Positions 14,488 to 26,784 of a DNA stretch of 64,000 bases are shown one piece after another (the stretch's first letter is position 1; each line of letters opens with the position of its first letter). The stretch is taken from positions 129,084,001 to 129,148,000 of the forward strand of contig OZ024740.1 in NCBI GenBank assembly GCA_964016885.1, in the 5' to 3' direction. Origin of the DNA: Eledone cirrhosa (lineage: Eukaryota). The notes under the pieces were generated by a model that was given only the letters and a program-made list of their open reading frames with translations, was not told the DNA's origin and did not search any database. Position numbers and translations under genes: made by a program.

Positions 14488-14490
<3 letters not shown>
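13386..14490 (+). mobile_element. Longest family F1 copy (~1.1 kb) with inverted end at 13386-13440
   Basis: 13386-13440 is the reverse complement of 14320-14375; body matches 2858-3332; GT/AT low-complexity segment at 13450-13930. Confidence 0.8.
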
Positions 14491-14531
<41 letters not shown>

Positions 14532-14562
14532 TTATACATATATATCTCTCTCTCTCTCTCTC

Positions 14563-14683
<121 letters not shown>

Positions 14684-14799
14684 ATAGGAATGAGTAGGAC
14701 CCCGACGGCTGAGCTCAAGCGGTTTCGACGGCTAATTATGGACAGAATTAGCCGTCGAGACGGCTTCAGCTCAGCCGTCGGGGTCCTACTCGTTCCTAT
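14684..14799. repeat. GC-rich hairpin (arms ~54 bp, 8-nt loop) in (TA)n
   Basis: ataggaatgagtaggaccccgacggctgagct...aatt / aatt...agctcagccgtcggggtcctactcgttcctat. Confidence 0.9.
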
Positions 14800-14875
14800 T
14801 ACCCACTCTACTACCCTAAGTATTGATTAATTTGGTGCGTTATGGTCCACCTGGTTCCTTACCACATTTCCTTCG

Positions 14876-14916
<41 letters not shown>

Positions 14917-14963
14917 AAGGAAAAGTGAAGTAGTTTCAGATGTTCAAGTCCTTTAATAATAAT

Positions 14964-15037
14964 GCTGTGATATATATTTCAGTGACGACACTGGCCACAC
15001 TGTTCTGTGTGCGAGTGTCGTGTCATCATCAGACAGC
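14964..15037 (-). ncRNA. Type I hammerhead ribozyme
   Basis: Reverse strand: GCTGT CTGATGA [tgacacgacact...agtgtcgtcact] GAAA TATATA TC ACAGC; palindromic stem III. Confidence 0.85.
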
Positions 15038-15553
15038 TTGTTACATAATAAGGTTATGTTTCCGAGGCAATGCAGATTGGCTCGACATGGGAACGGATGA
15101 ATTGCGTGTTTTAGGGTTTTTCATCCGCTCCCTTGTGAATACCAATTCACCCCCGCCGGCCTGCGCAAGCGCATGTCCGAAGGAAGTTGACAATTAACCA
15201 CCGGAAATTTCAACGGAATTTGCTTAGTCAGTTCACCCTGTCAGCCAAAACAATGGTCCACCAATGCCTGTACCATATTTTACTGCTACCCATCACGGCT
15301 GTGGCAGTCAGCCGAGAGCCAGAGGGGATGGGAGAGTGTTAGTTTTTACAGGTCATAATACCACCCCTCACTAAGCGTTGACGGTACGACTGACCATCAC
15401 CTTATAAGGGAAAATAAACTTATTCTAGGTATCATGGTTTTACGTTGGAAGTTAAGAGTGAGAGATGGAAATAAAAATTAAAATCCTAAATCAAATATCA
15501 GTGGCCAGTGTAATCACTGAAATATATATCACAGCATTATTATTAAAGGACTT

Positions 15554-15860
15554 CGGTGGATTGGCAGTATCGGTAGAGGTTCGGACGCCATGCTTTAACG
15601 CATAGAGTTACGGCCCTTGCCATTCTGAGTTCAAATCCCGCCAAGGTAAACTTTGCCTTTCATCCTTACGGGGTCGATAAAATAAAGTACCAGTAATGTA
15701 CTGGGTAATTTCTGGCCTTGTGCCAATAGTAGAAACAATTATTAAAGGACTTCAAATCCCGCCGAGGTTAACTTTGCCTTTCATCCTTACGGGGTCGATA
15801 AAATAAAGTACCAGTAATGTACTGAGTAGTTGCTGGCCTTGTGCCTAAAGTAGAAACAAT
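15554..15860 (+). mobile_element. Tandem tRNA-SINEs (near full-length 15554-15740; 5'-truncated 15752-15860)
   Basis: Match to the 9472 SINE; target TATTAAAGGACTT occurs three times. Confidence 0.9.
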
Positions 15861-15981
15861 TAATATTAAAGGACTTGAACATCTGAAACTACTTTGCTTT
15901 TCCTTATTTGATATTTACTCCGTCACTCCTATGTGGAAAAAGTACGTTGAGTGCTTGAATTGAATTGCATCAATATTTACC

Positions 15982-16084
<103 letters not shown>

Positions 16085-16139
16085 TTGTGAGTGTATGTGT
16101 CTGTGTATGTGTGTTGCTGAAACCGCATGTCCTTGTACT

Positions 16140-16300
16140 CAGACCATTGAGCTCACAAAGTTGTGAGTTCGAATCATGGACGTGATGTTGTGGTGTTTCT
16201 TTGACCAGAATTCTTTATTTCATGTTTCTCTAGTTGATTCACCTTGAGAAATGTGTTGCGTCATAACTGGTGCCCAGCTGTATCATCAACTGTCTTTACC
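16140..16300 (+). mobile_element. Old, different tRNA-SINE remnant
   Basis: B box GTTCGAATC followed by a degenerate conserved-domain-like tract (gttgtggtgtttctttgaccag..ctttatttcatg..). Confidence 0.4.
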
Positions 16301-16489
16301 TTGGACAACATATATAAACATTTATGAGTACAAACAAAACAAAATGCCAAACAACACATACCACGATAGTTGAGATATCATTTAACAGATACATTAAACC
16401 GCATTATTAGAGGTTTTGAACCGAAAGCAAAATTAATTTGTGTGTGTGTGTATATATATATATATTAAGATAAGAGATTAAATTTTAAT

Positions 16490-16990
16490 CAAAAATATTA
16501 GCCAAAGGATTTCTACATTATCTTCGTCTCTAGACATTATTAACAAAGACTACCCTTATTATAATAAAGCCCTTAATAACAGCGCTTTACAGAACATATT
16601 AAATATTTACCTATTCCTCCCCCTAAAACTAATCACAATAATAGGAAAAGGAAAATTAGTTGGTTAAGGCCTCCATTCTCTCTATGTGTCAAAACTAATG
16701 TAGGAAGGAAATTCCTTGACCTCTTAGACAAACATTTTCCCCATAATCATAGATATTATAATATATTTAATAGAAATGTAGTTAACATCAGTTACTCTTG
16801 CTGCCCCTCAATGAAGTCTAAAATCACCAATTCTAATCGTACGAGAATAATTCCAGGATGCAGTTGCAGGAAGCTGGATGAATGCCCATTACAGGGCAAA
16901 TGTAATACCAAATACGTTTTATATGAGGCCAAAGTGACACCTTTGATTAAGAACCAGCCAGCCAGGAGTGAACGATATGTTGGCATGATT
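16490..16990 (+). mobile_element. PLE fragment (RT thumb to start of GIY-YIG; Naiad-like)
   Basis: ISQRISTLSS..YYNKAL..RKRKISWLRPPFS..FLDLLDKHFP..IFNRNVVNISYSCCPSMK..CSCRKLDECPLQGKC..VLYEAKV..YVGM. Confidence 0.85.
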
Positions 16991-17057
16991 CATACATACA
17001 TATATACATATATACATATATACGTACATATATATAAATAGATATATACATATATAG

Positions 17058-17369
17058 ATGTTTAATTGACTGTATCTGGGCGATTACGTCGTCGTAATAT
17101 TCGATAAATATTCCGTCGCAGCCGACGCGAAGGGCTAGTTTCGGTTATTTGTTGGAGATTTCTTCATAGAAGCCTTATTCTTATAGCCTGGTCTATTCGA
17201 TTTTTTATGTAGTTAATTATGCGAATTGGGAGAAAAAATGGTATATATTTATCTGGTGATTCTATAGACATGTTTTATGATATATAGCTCTGATTATTTA
17301 ATTTATTATCTTTTCATTGAGCCACAAAGTGACCCGTTGCAAAACACGTATATGTATGTATGTATGTAT

Positions 17370-17405
<36 letters not shown>

Positions 17406-17956
17406 GTAAACCTTTATATGTAATAATATCCCATTAGGTTGAGATACAAATTTGGCTGTATTGTGCTGTGCTTTCTAGCAAAAAGCCACTAGCCGTAAGC
17501 AACTACCCCACTCCTTGCAGCCTGACCGCTGCTACGTCACGATTCTTAGCCATTTTTTAATGTATTCTTTGGCGCGATCACTTTGGAAAATATATTGTCT
17601 AGATTAGAGCAAACTCCTGAAGAGTCCGATGCTCGAGTTTCCGAAGGTATTGGAAATCTCAAAATGCGGACGAAACCATGGTAGAGGTATATAAATGTAT
17701 TCTCTTTTCTCCTAGTTTATTTTACACTTAATTCTGTTTAATTGACTTTATCTGGGCGATTACGCCGTCGAAATATTCGATAAATATTCTGTCGCAGCCG
17801 ACGCGAAGGGCTAGTTTCGGTTATTTGCTGGAGATTTCTTCATAGAAGCCTTATTCTTATAGCCTGGTCTATTCGATTTTTTATATAGTTAATTATGCTA
17901 ATTGGGAGAGAAAATGGTATATATTTTATCTGGTAATTCTATAGACATGTTTTATG

Positions 17957-17960
<4 letters not shown>
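17058..17960 (+). repeat. ~225 bp direct repeats (17058-17284 and 17735-17960) bracketing an HHR; PLE pseudo-LTR-like
   Basis: Near-identical units, period ~677 bp. Confidence 0.85.
17612..17688 (+). ncRNA. Type I hammerhead ribozyme
   Basis: CTC CTGAAGA GTCCG...CGGAC GAAA CCATGG TA GAG; palindromic stem III ACCATGGT. Confidence 0.85.
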
Positions 17961-18377
<417 letters not shown>

Positions 18378-18525
18378 GATTTTGAGTTTATGTTGGTTGT
18401 ATACCAACACCTCAGTATGCAGGCTGGAGCACTCGACGAAGTGCGCAGGTTGGTTTAGTTACTCCGGAGTAGTGTAAAATAAAGTTAAATAAAAGTCAAA
18501 TGATTAAAATTTAGCTTCGTTTATT

Positions 18526-18580
18526 ACTGCTATATATATTTCAGTGACAGCCATCTTTGGCTGTGACCTCTTCAGGCAGT
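18526..18580 (-). ncRNA. Type I hammerhead ribozyme in PLE 3' terminal region
   Basis: Reverse strand: ACTGC CTGAAGA GGTCACAGCCA aaga TGGCTGTCACT GAAA TATATA TA GCAGT. Confidence 0.9.
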
Positions 18581-19776
18581 TTGAATTAGTATGGTATAGA
18601 CAAGTACATATGTTGTTTAGGTGTATGATATTGTCAATACTCTGATATGCCCAGTTCCTTGCTGGGTTGTTAATTCACTGGGGAACTGGAGTCATATGAA
18701 TTCAAACAAACGAATTTTCGTGTCACAGGTCCCCTTCTCCTCTCATTGGTCAGTTATTAGTATTGTCATTGTTGGAGTTAGCTTAAAACTTGATAAAATG
18801 GTAGAAGGGACAAGGTGTTGAAGGAACAAAATATCAAAAAATGTGTCAAACTTCCCATTGTTCAGTTCTGAGAGCATTCCTCAGTCAGAAGTCTATAGAA
18901 TTCTTTCTGGGGTGAGGCTCCCTGTAGTGTTTATGCCTGCTATTGTTCAGTACATTTGACCTCCACCATTATTTTGGTACTGTTGTTGTTGTAGTGGTCA
19001 GCTTATACCTTGCTGCTGCTAACAATTTAGAAGTATTCAGTTTGTGTTTTCTCTTCATCCCACCCGCCACCAACGTAGTGGTGGCGGCGCGGGGGGGGGG
19101 GGGGGGTTCTTTCATGTATATGAAGAAATATAAGGCAATAAATGAAGAAAACAGAAGATAAATAAATAATATAATAAAATAAAATAATTAATATAATTTG
19201 TGTAATTTGAAAATAAATAAATAAATAAATAGAGAATAAAGAATAAAGAGTAAATGAGAGATTGGTGAAAAAGTAATGATAATGTATATGGAGAAGTGAG
19301 AAATAATGTAGGATAAAGTGTGTGTGTGTGTGTGCTATAACCAATCTCAAGGTCAGAATATGTTGGATAGATTTGTATGATACAAGATGTTAAGATGAGA
19401 TATTCAATGTGTTTGTGTTATAATCTATCTCAACTTAAAATAAATATAAGGTTATACAGTGAAGAGGGCAGAAAACAAATAACAAATTAATAAAGAGAAA
19501 TCAAGATTTAAGATTGGAACTTTAAGGTCAGAAATCTGGTAAATTAAAAGTGTTTGTGTTATAGATGTTGGCCAGATTATTATGGCTGTGTCCGATTCTA
19601 TCTCTAGGCTATCATGGTGTCTGCCCCGCCTGGGTTGTTCCCTATGGCTTGAGGGGAGTTCACAACCTAGGGTGTTGTAATTGTCCATATAGCTTGAGGG
19701 AGGTCTGGCCGAGAGGTGTTTTCATGTTCTGTAGAAGTCCCTATAGCTTGAGGGGAGTTCACATCTTCTTGTGTTG

Positions 19777-21360
19777 CTACTGTCCATATATTTTGAGAAA
19801 GGTCCCGGCTCTAAGGTGTCTGCATGTCCCGAAGAAGTCGGTTCTGAGGTTTATCAGGCCGCTTCCACCTCTTAGTATCTCGAGGGTCTCGTTCAGGCAT
19901 AGTTTGCATATGCAAGATCCCCCTTTATCGGGTGGTACTTTCCTGATTATGTACCAGGCCAGAGAGTATGGGGTCCTGTCCAGCTTAAGCTTCCAGATCA
20001 GGTCGGAGAGAGCTGTGCTTTTCCTTTTGGCGTCCTTCTTGAATGAATGGCGATGGTTGTACCAGCGGTCCTTAAAGCTCGTTGATGTGGCTCCTATGTA
20101 GAGGTGTTCGGAGTTGGGGGTTTTAACCCTACAACCGTACACTATGTTCTTCTTGAGACATTCATTACCAAGGGGGCATGATTCGGGGTTTCTACAGTTG
20201 CAGAGGGTGGGCGGCCTCTGCGTGCTTAGATTAGGGTTCTCATTATGTGTTACATGTTGGTCTTCCCCCATGCTCGGTGGGGGGTCCTTGGGTCTGTTTG
20301 CGTTTCTTGGGTGGGCTCTGGGTCCCCTCTTCCCTCCTTTCACATGGTTCTGCTGAGTGTTTGTATTGCCATCTTCTGGTTGTGTGTGGTTTTTAAGCCT
20401 ACTTCTGTTGATGCTAGCTATGTGTTGGGCCAAATTTCTCGTGGTGGAATACGAAAGCTTCACAGTGTGTCTGTTGAAGATCCTGTGGTATATGTGGTCC
20501 CTCGGGAAGCATTTGTCAAGTGCTCCAAAGAACAATCGGGCCAAGCTTTTCTTTAGGGCCGCTGAGTAGGGTGGGTTGTACCACGTGATTTGTCGGTGTC
20601 TCCTCCTATATGTGTGGGTTGGGGGCTTCGTGATTTGTTGGAGATTTGTTGGTTTGCTGGTGGTTTCCGCACTGTTGCTTCCCTTTTGGGCTCTATACTT
20701 TTTGTTATCTTCACGGCCCGGATTTGTGGGGTGGTTGTTGTCTGCCCCGGGAGATCCATCGTGGGGTGGTCGCCCGTTTCCCCCCCCCCCACGTGTCCTG
20801 CGGTTGGGGTTGTCCGTCCTGGGGTAGTTAGCATCACGCCTGAGACTGCTACTCATATTGTGCTCCATCTCGTGGTCAAGCGCACTAGTCCCCACCGCCC
20901 GTGTGGTGGTGTCTGGTACATGGTGCCTATTTGATTTTGCTCTGCCTGTATTGTTAGGGTTCGCCCTCCCCCCTCTGGTAACGCGGTTGTGGGTGTCTGT
21001 TGGGCTATCCACCTCCCGGCTTTTCGGACTATATGTTATATTTTGTCCATGTGCCGCCTTCTTTAGAGCTGCGTTGTAATATTCCGCGTGGTTGTTGAAT
21101 ATTTCCTTACTTGCGGACAGGCTGGAGATCCTGTCCGAGACACTCTTCACCACTGCCTTGGTTATGGATCTAGGGTGGTTTGATTTGGCGTTAACATATA
21201 CTAGTTTCTCGTTGGGCTTGTGGTAGGGGTAGTATTGCTCGGTGTTCAGGTTTAGGGTGGTGTCTAGGAAGTTAACTACCTTCCTATTTGGGTCTATTTC
21301 TATGCTGAGCCCCTGGTTCTTAAAGAAATGGCGAATACGCCTCCTCATACCCTCCAACAT
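19777..21360 (-). CDS. PLE polyprotein, C-terminal part (RT thumb, Cys linker, GIY-YIG endonuclease)
   Basis: 527-aa ORF: YVNAKSNHP, WYNPPYS, CNCRNPESCPLGNEC, IVY...YIGATSTSFKDRWYNH, CKLCLNE, CRH. Confidence 0.9.
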   Translation of the reverse strand: MLEGMRRRIRHFFKNQGLSIEIDPNRKVVNFLDTTLNLNTEQYYPYHKPNEKLVYVNAKSNHPRSITKAVVKSVSDRISSLSASKEIFNNHAEYYNAALKKAAHGQNITYSPKSREVDSPTDTHNRVTRGGRANPNNTGRAKSNRHHVPDTTTRAVGTSALDHEMEHNMSSSLRRDANYPRTDNPNRRTRGGGGNGRPPHDGSPGADNNHPTNPGREDNKKYRAQKGSNSAETTSKPTNLQQITKPPTHTYRRRHRQITWYNPPYSAALKKSLARLFFGALDKCFPRDHIYHRIFNRHTVKLSYSTTRNLAQHIASINRSRLKNHTQPEDGNTNTQQNHVKGGKRGPRAHPRNANRPKDPPPSMGEDQHVTHNENPNLSTQRPPTLCNCRNPESCPLGNECLKKNIVYGCRVKTPNSEHLYIGATSTSFKDRWYNHRHSFKKDAKRKSTALSDLIWKLKLDRTPYSLAWYIIRKVPPDKGGSCICKLCLNETLEILRGGSGLINLRTDFFGTCRHLRAGTFLKIYGQ

Positions 21361-21751
21361 ATTGGTGCTGTGGTCATGTACTGTGAATAGAGCATCGTCA
21401 CGATATAATCCGCCGCCCAGGCAGGGGATTTCATCTTTATCTGCTTCAGCAGGTAGAGCCCAACCAGGTCCGTTACCTGCGCTGAGTCGCTGGAGCCCAT
21501 CGTGATGTCAAAGTTATTTGGCCAATCACTCCTGGTCCACAGGTCTCCATCGAAGCGGATTAAGGTCTTTCTTGCGGCGTGGATGATGCTCACCTCCTCT
21601 CGGGTTAGGTCCGTATTGGACATCGCTAAAAATAGGGCCTTATACATACATACATATACATATATAAAATAGGGCCTTATACATACATACATATACATAT
21701 ATAAACATACACATATACATACACATGCATACCACATATATATACACACAT

Positions 21752-21806
<55 letters not shown>

Positions 21807-21878
21807 CATACGTATATACATATATACATCAAATACAATATATGTATGTATATGTATGTATATGTATATGTGTATGTT

Positions 21879-21933
<55 letters not shown>

Positions 21934-22077
21934 ATATATATACATATATATATATATGTATAAATATATATATATATGTATATATGTATATAATTTATAC
22001 TCGTTGAGCAAACCTACACGTACGCTGTTCATCTCTAACGTAACGATATATTATCACTACATTATAGATAACCTGAA

Positions 22078-22162
<85 letters not shown>

Positions 22163-22500
22163 AGTGTGTGTGTGAATTGTCTGTTGACACCTGTAATATA
22201 GCTTAGAGAAATATGACAATAATGATAGACACCCATTATTTTGAACTGGTTTATAGAAGTCTCTTGGCCTTTGTCCCTCTAAGTAGAGCTCTAAAGAATT
22301 AGCTTTTAAAGAATTTCCTTTTTCTTTAAATCCATCGACCATGACTGACCCACAACCATCTTATAGACACCTGAAATATAGGCATTGTTTGCTGAAGAGA
22401 TACTTAAAAATAAGGAGTGGCACCCCAATCTGAACCTGTTTATAGAATCCTTTCTGCCTTTGTCACTCTAAATATAAACTATAGCCTTAAATGAATTCCC

Positions 22501-22584
22501 TTTTCTTTCAACAAATGACCTCCAACCATTTTCTTTCAACAAATGACCTCCAACCATTTTCTTTCAACAAATGACCTCCACCCA
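22501..22584. repeat. 28-bp tandem repeat x3
   Basis: ttttctttcaacaaatgacctccaacca repeated. Confidence 0.9.
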
Positions 22585-22804
22585 TCCGACACACCCACCC
22601 TCTCCTACTACGTGAAAATATATAAATACCACAACATTTATTTTTGGAAAGGCAGATTCCTTCTGATTTCTAAAGAATGAAACATTCTAGTCCTGTAGAT
22701 TCTCATTTATATTAAAACTTTTATACTTTGCTATGTATTGAGTACCTTACTTACTGTGGTTACCTTCGATTCAGCCCGGAATAACTTACCTATATACATA
22801 TATA

Positions 22805-23672
22805 TAGGGAGAAGAAGTTTACGAAATGGAAATGCGGGTATATAGAATTTATTAGGTAACAATTGTTTCTATAGTGTATGGGTTACCTATACCTCGCTAT
22901 TTGAATAATATACAAATATTATCATGAACCGAAGGTACACTGTAAGCAAACACACCATGTCTTCAGACCTTTGTATTATAATGATATGAAAATATTTTAT
23001 ACACTAGATAAAAGATAAAGAAGGAGGTAGGAAGAGAAGGGGAAGAGGGAAGTGAGTAAGGTGGAGGGATTCTTAGGATTTAAGACTGTCAGACTAGTAG
23101 AGATTGTGAGGAGAGAATGTTTAGGCAGCAGTTAGCTTAATGAGGCGTGCTAAGGTTGGCGGGGAAGTAGATTCTTCTAGTGGTGTTGTTCGGACAAAAT
23201 TTAGTTAAAGGGGTCATAGTGGTACAGTGTCACAGACAAGTTATTAGGGCTATTATAGTAGCAGGTTATTTCTAAAGGGGTCCAGAAAAACAGTGTTTAG
23301 TACTATTATTATAGAAAGCCATATCCTGTGTATAAACATGTAAGAAAGAAATTTGCAAACGGTGGTGTAAAAAGGTAACATTATATGCATTTAAAAAAAG
23401 AAAAAGTCGTTTTCAAACGATGGTTACAGTATAGAGAACGTTCAATTTTGCTGTTCAAAAGTTTGTTTACCGACGTTAACATGCAGTATATCTCTAAATT
23501 GCATAACTTGCAGAATCGATGATTTTGCTGATATGCAGGCGCAGCTGCAATAATTTGCCAATCAAGGGAGAACGCTTGATTGTTCCTCCGAAGCTGCCAG
23601 GCTTTATCGGCGAGGGTTGTTACGGAGCGCATTTTCTCGTGCCTGATCGAAGATCGATGTTGGTATAGGCGA
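22805..23672 (-). mobile_element. PLE 3' fragment (GIY-YIG C-terminus, 3' region, HHR)
   Basis: ORF 23381-23632 TTLADKAWQL..LDWQII..CKLCNLE..LLNSKIE..CNH. Confidence 0.85.
22854..22970 (-). ncRNA. Type I hammerhead ribozyme with long stem II insert
   Basis: Reverse strand: AGGT CTGAAGA [~90 nt] GAAA CAATTG TT ACCT. Confidence 0.7.
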
Positions 23673-23922
23673 GCATTTCTATATGCTTTTCAAAAATAAT
23701 TTTGAGATAAGGCGTCCGTGATGTTTGCTCTGATCAGAGCAAACATCACGGACGCCTTATCTCAAAATTATTTTTGAAAAGCATTTAGAAATGCGCAACC
23801 GGTAAAAACTTAAAACCAAAACTGAATACTAACCAATACAATTACTAATTCTCATTTATTCCTAATTAAACTATTTTTCACTGTGAACAATTTGTCAGCA
23901 TTTTCTATTCCGTTTACCAATA
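23673..23922 (+). mobile_element. Family F3 copy whose 5' part is mirrored into a loopless 122-bp palindrome (23673-23794)
   Basis: Centre ctgatcag; arms 61 bp with one mismatch. Confidence 0.85.
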
Positions 23923-23955
23923 TATAATAACTTGTGTGTTACACCTCTATTATTT

Positions 23956-24054
<99 letters not shown>

Positions 24055-24298
24055 GATGACAAGTTATCGTTATAGGTAATCCAGTTAGAGGTTGTGAGTA
24101 CTCTGCGTCGTGGATGGTTTTAACGTAGGGCTTCGTTTGACTCAACAACAAGCTTCCATATTTAGGCAGCGAGTTTGTGGTAATTCCTACGCAGGTTATA
24201 CTTGGAGTAATAATAGTGAAAGAATGAAGAGTAACATGGTTGGCTGTACAATAGGGAGCTTTATTTCAAGTACTTAAATATATATACATATATATATA

Positions 24299-24498
24299 TC
24301 TTAGTCTTAGAATCTTCCGCGCCTTTCGGTGCATCGAGCAGTAAGTACTCGCCAACGGTCAGCGGCAACTTTTTCGAGACCTTGCCATGTGATGCTGGCT
24401 GCCATCAGGTCTTTCCGGAACGTTTGTCGCCAGGTGATCTATGGGCAACCTCGCCTCCGTTTACCGCCAGGCGGAGTCCAGTTCATCGCTGTTTTCGA
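24299..24498 (-). mobile_element. RTE-clade LINE 3' end
   Basis: Minus translation KTAMNWTPPGGKRRRGCP*ITWRQTFRKDL..ITW..AADRWR, followed by a short CTAAGA repeat tail. Confidence 0.8.
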
Positions 24499-24929
24499 TA
24501 TATATATATATATAATCACAGGTATAGAAATGTTCATAATGTTCATATGTATGCATAACCTCATATAGTTTCAAAGCATGCAATCATATATTTAGAATGC
24601 CATATGAGAGAGACAGGCTATGTTCGTTATATGGAGCAGTCTTACGATTTGAGGCGTATATGCACTCTTACTGCATTTTCAATCGATTTATGATTAAACT
24701 GAAATCATTATTCGTCTTTGTAGTGCCGCAATAGTCTAACACCTTAAGTGTAGGTGTCGGACTTCATATTAACGCTGATCTTTAGGGAATGGTAGTAAAC
24801 TCTGTACGAATGAAGTTACCACAAAGAGCGAAATGGCGAACATAGCACTGCCTATAACATATCCTAATATGATACGTAACATACTGTTACAAACTATTCA
24901 TATGACAGGCTTAATTTTATTTACTACTG

Positions 24930-25760
24930 GATAATGAACACCTTGTACTTTTATGCAATAATATTGGTATAGGCACAGGACGATAAACATGGATCTTGTT
25001 TTGAAATGAGGTATCATGATATTTCCATAGCAGCTGAAATCGTTTACCAAATGAAGTCATGAATTATTAAAGTCATCGATTTCACTATTAATTTTAGTAT
25101 TTGAGTTCAGCGTGGAATCAATTAACAAACAGGAGTTCAGGCCTTACTTTAAATATTATCGATCTTAAGGATAAAGATTGAATATTTTGTATTTTTTCTA
25201 GTCTGATGTGGAAATCATGTCTCTGTATGGATAATTGTAAGGCAAAATGCCTTGAGGCGTTTGAGAAATTTATGTGCAACAACATTTACCTTCTCTGAAC
25301 GAGAAATATTCAATCATTATTTGCACGCGTAAGCCTTGTTAGCATTAGAAGAAAGAAGAGGGAAAATAAGTTTTAGATAAACTCGATTTGGAAAAGTTCG
25401 GAAAATTGTTGCTCACAAATATCAGTTATCAAACATCCATGAAAAGAGATAATAATGTTTATCATTTCGTTCTGAAATCCAATTTTTGATATAAATTTCA
25501 ATAATGCATTCTTGGATACAAGATGAAACAATTTTCAAGGATCTAGTAATTTCTATAAAATTTCTTATGAAAATGAGGTGTTTTTTTTACAAAATTAACA
25601 CTTTGGATTTAAAGGAAAATTCATCAACTAGATCATATAGATTCTCGAAAAAACAACATCCTTCAGTATTTGAACTAAACAATTCTTTCTATTGGTTATC
25701 AATATCAAACAATAGTTCCCCTGTTACAATCTGAATATTGATAAGATGATTATATGACTT
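24930..25760 (+). pseudogene. Decayed LRR-like coding remnant
   Basis: IIKVIDFTIN, GLTLNIIDLKD, LDKLDLE, INTLDLKEN, LSISNN in broken frames. Confidence 0.3.
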
Positions 25761-25932
25761 TTTGAGATGAAGAATTACAAATGTCTCATTGCATATATAT
25801 ATATATATATATATATGTTCTCGACCTAGTTGGATCTTCATCAGAAAAGGTATATATCACCTAATCCCCCAGCAATGCATATATATATTCAAAGTGTGTC
25901 TATTAATATTTGCATTCACATATTCGGTTATC

Positions 25933-26015
<83 letters not shown>

Positions 26016-26392
26016 TGTGTGAGCGTGTGTGTGTGTGTGTATAACGTCATCCCATATTTCGTCTTCTTGGTGCACTTATTACTATATATCTTAATTAACT
26101 GGAAAGACGAGCGCTAATTATACGCAAATTAGATCGTCGATTTCAGAATGATATTGTCACCGAATGGTTATATAAGTCCATCATGTACATATCTGTTGTG
26201 GTTGTTTAGATGATAGCATAATGTTTCATGGAGTCGCAACTTGTTTCGAATTTCGATTAAAGTGTGCATGGAATTTTCAAGTTACATAATATGGTTAAAT
26301 GTCCATATATCAAAAATGGGTTAAATTTATATAGACATTGGCGCAGTCTCTGTTACCCATTACATTTTGCTACAGATATAGATATAATTCCA

Positions 26393-26510
26393 AGAGTTCA
26401 AATCCCGCCGAGGTTAACTTTCCCTTTCGTCCTTACGTGATCGATAAAATAAAGTACCAGTAATGCACTGGATAATTGCTGGCCATGTGCCAGAAGTAGA
26501 AACAATTATT
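26393..26510 (+). mobile_element. 5'-truncated tRNA-SINE
   Basis: B box to tail matches the 9472 SINE. Confidence 0.85.
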
Positions 26511-26734
26511 TATTTCTCATTCCAGCTTCTTATGATGACTAGTGTCATAAATTTAAACATAGTCTTCCTACTATAGAAAGCGTTAAACTGATACATTTCT
26601 TTATTTTACTGTATTGCTTTCCCTATTGCTACCGTTTGCCTTTAGATAGATAAAGACTGAGAAAGAGAGAGAGAGAGAGAGATAGAGAGAGAAAGAGATA
26701 GATATATAGATATATATAGATAGATAGATTGATA

Positions 26735-26784
<50 letters not shown>

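Larger units (their letters stand above)
14914..15908 (-). mobile_element. PLE-type terminal-repeat element with inverted ends; right arm interrupted by SINEs
   Basis: Left arm 14914-14985 is the reverse complement of 15514-15552 plus 15865-15908; encloses an HHR. Confidence 0.75.
18378..21641 (-). mobile_element. 5'-truncated Penelope-like retroelement (Naiad-like) with ~1.4 kb 3' region and HHR
   Basis: RT motifs FDITMGSSDSAQVTDLVGLY and frameshifted LYRDD, VNFLD; GIY-YIG at the C-terminus; flanked by TA-rich microsatellites. Confidence 0.93.

Noticed and set aside
19777-21360. Selenoprotein-type PLE (in-frame TGA at Cys positions, reported for some Naiad elements)
   Set aside because: All conserved Cys positions are read as Cys in the open ORF; the only TGA at an equivalent position lies in a decayed UTR duplicate.
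22501-22584. CRISPR-like 28-bp repeats
   Set aside because: Head-to-tail with no spacers, in eukaryotic context.
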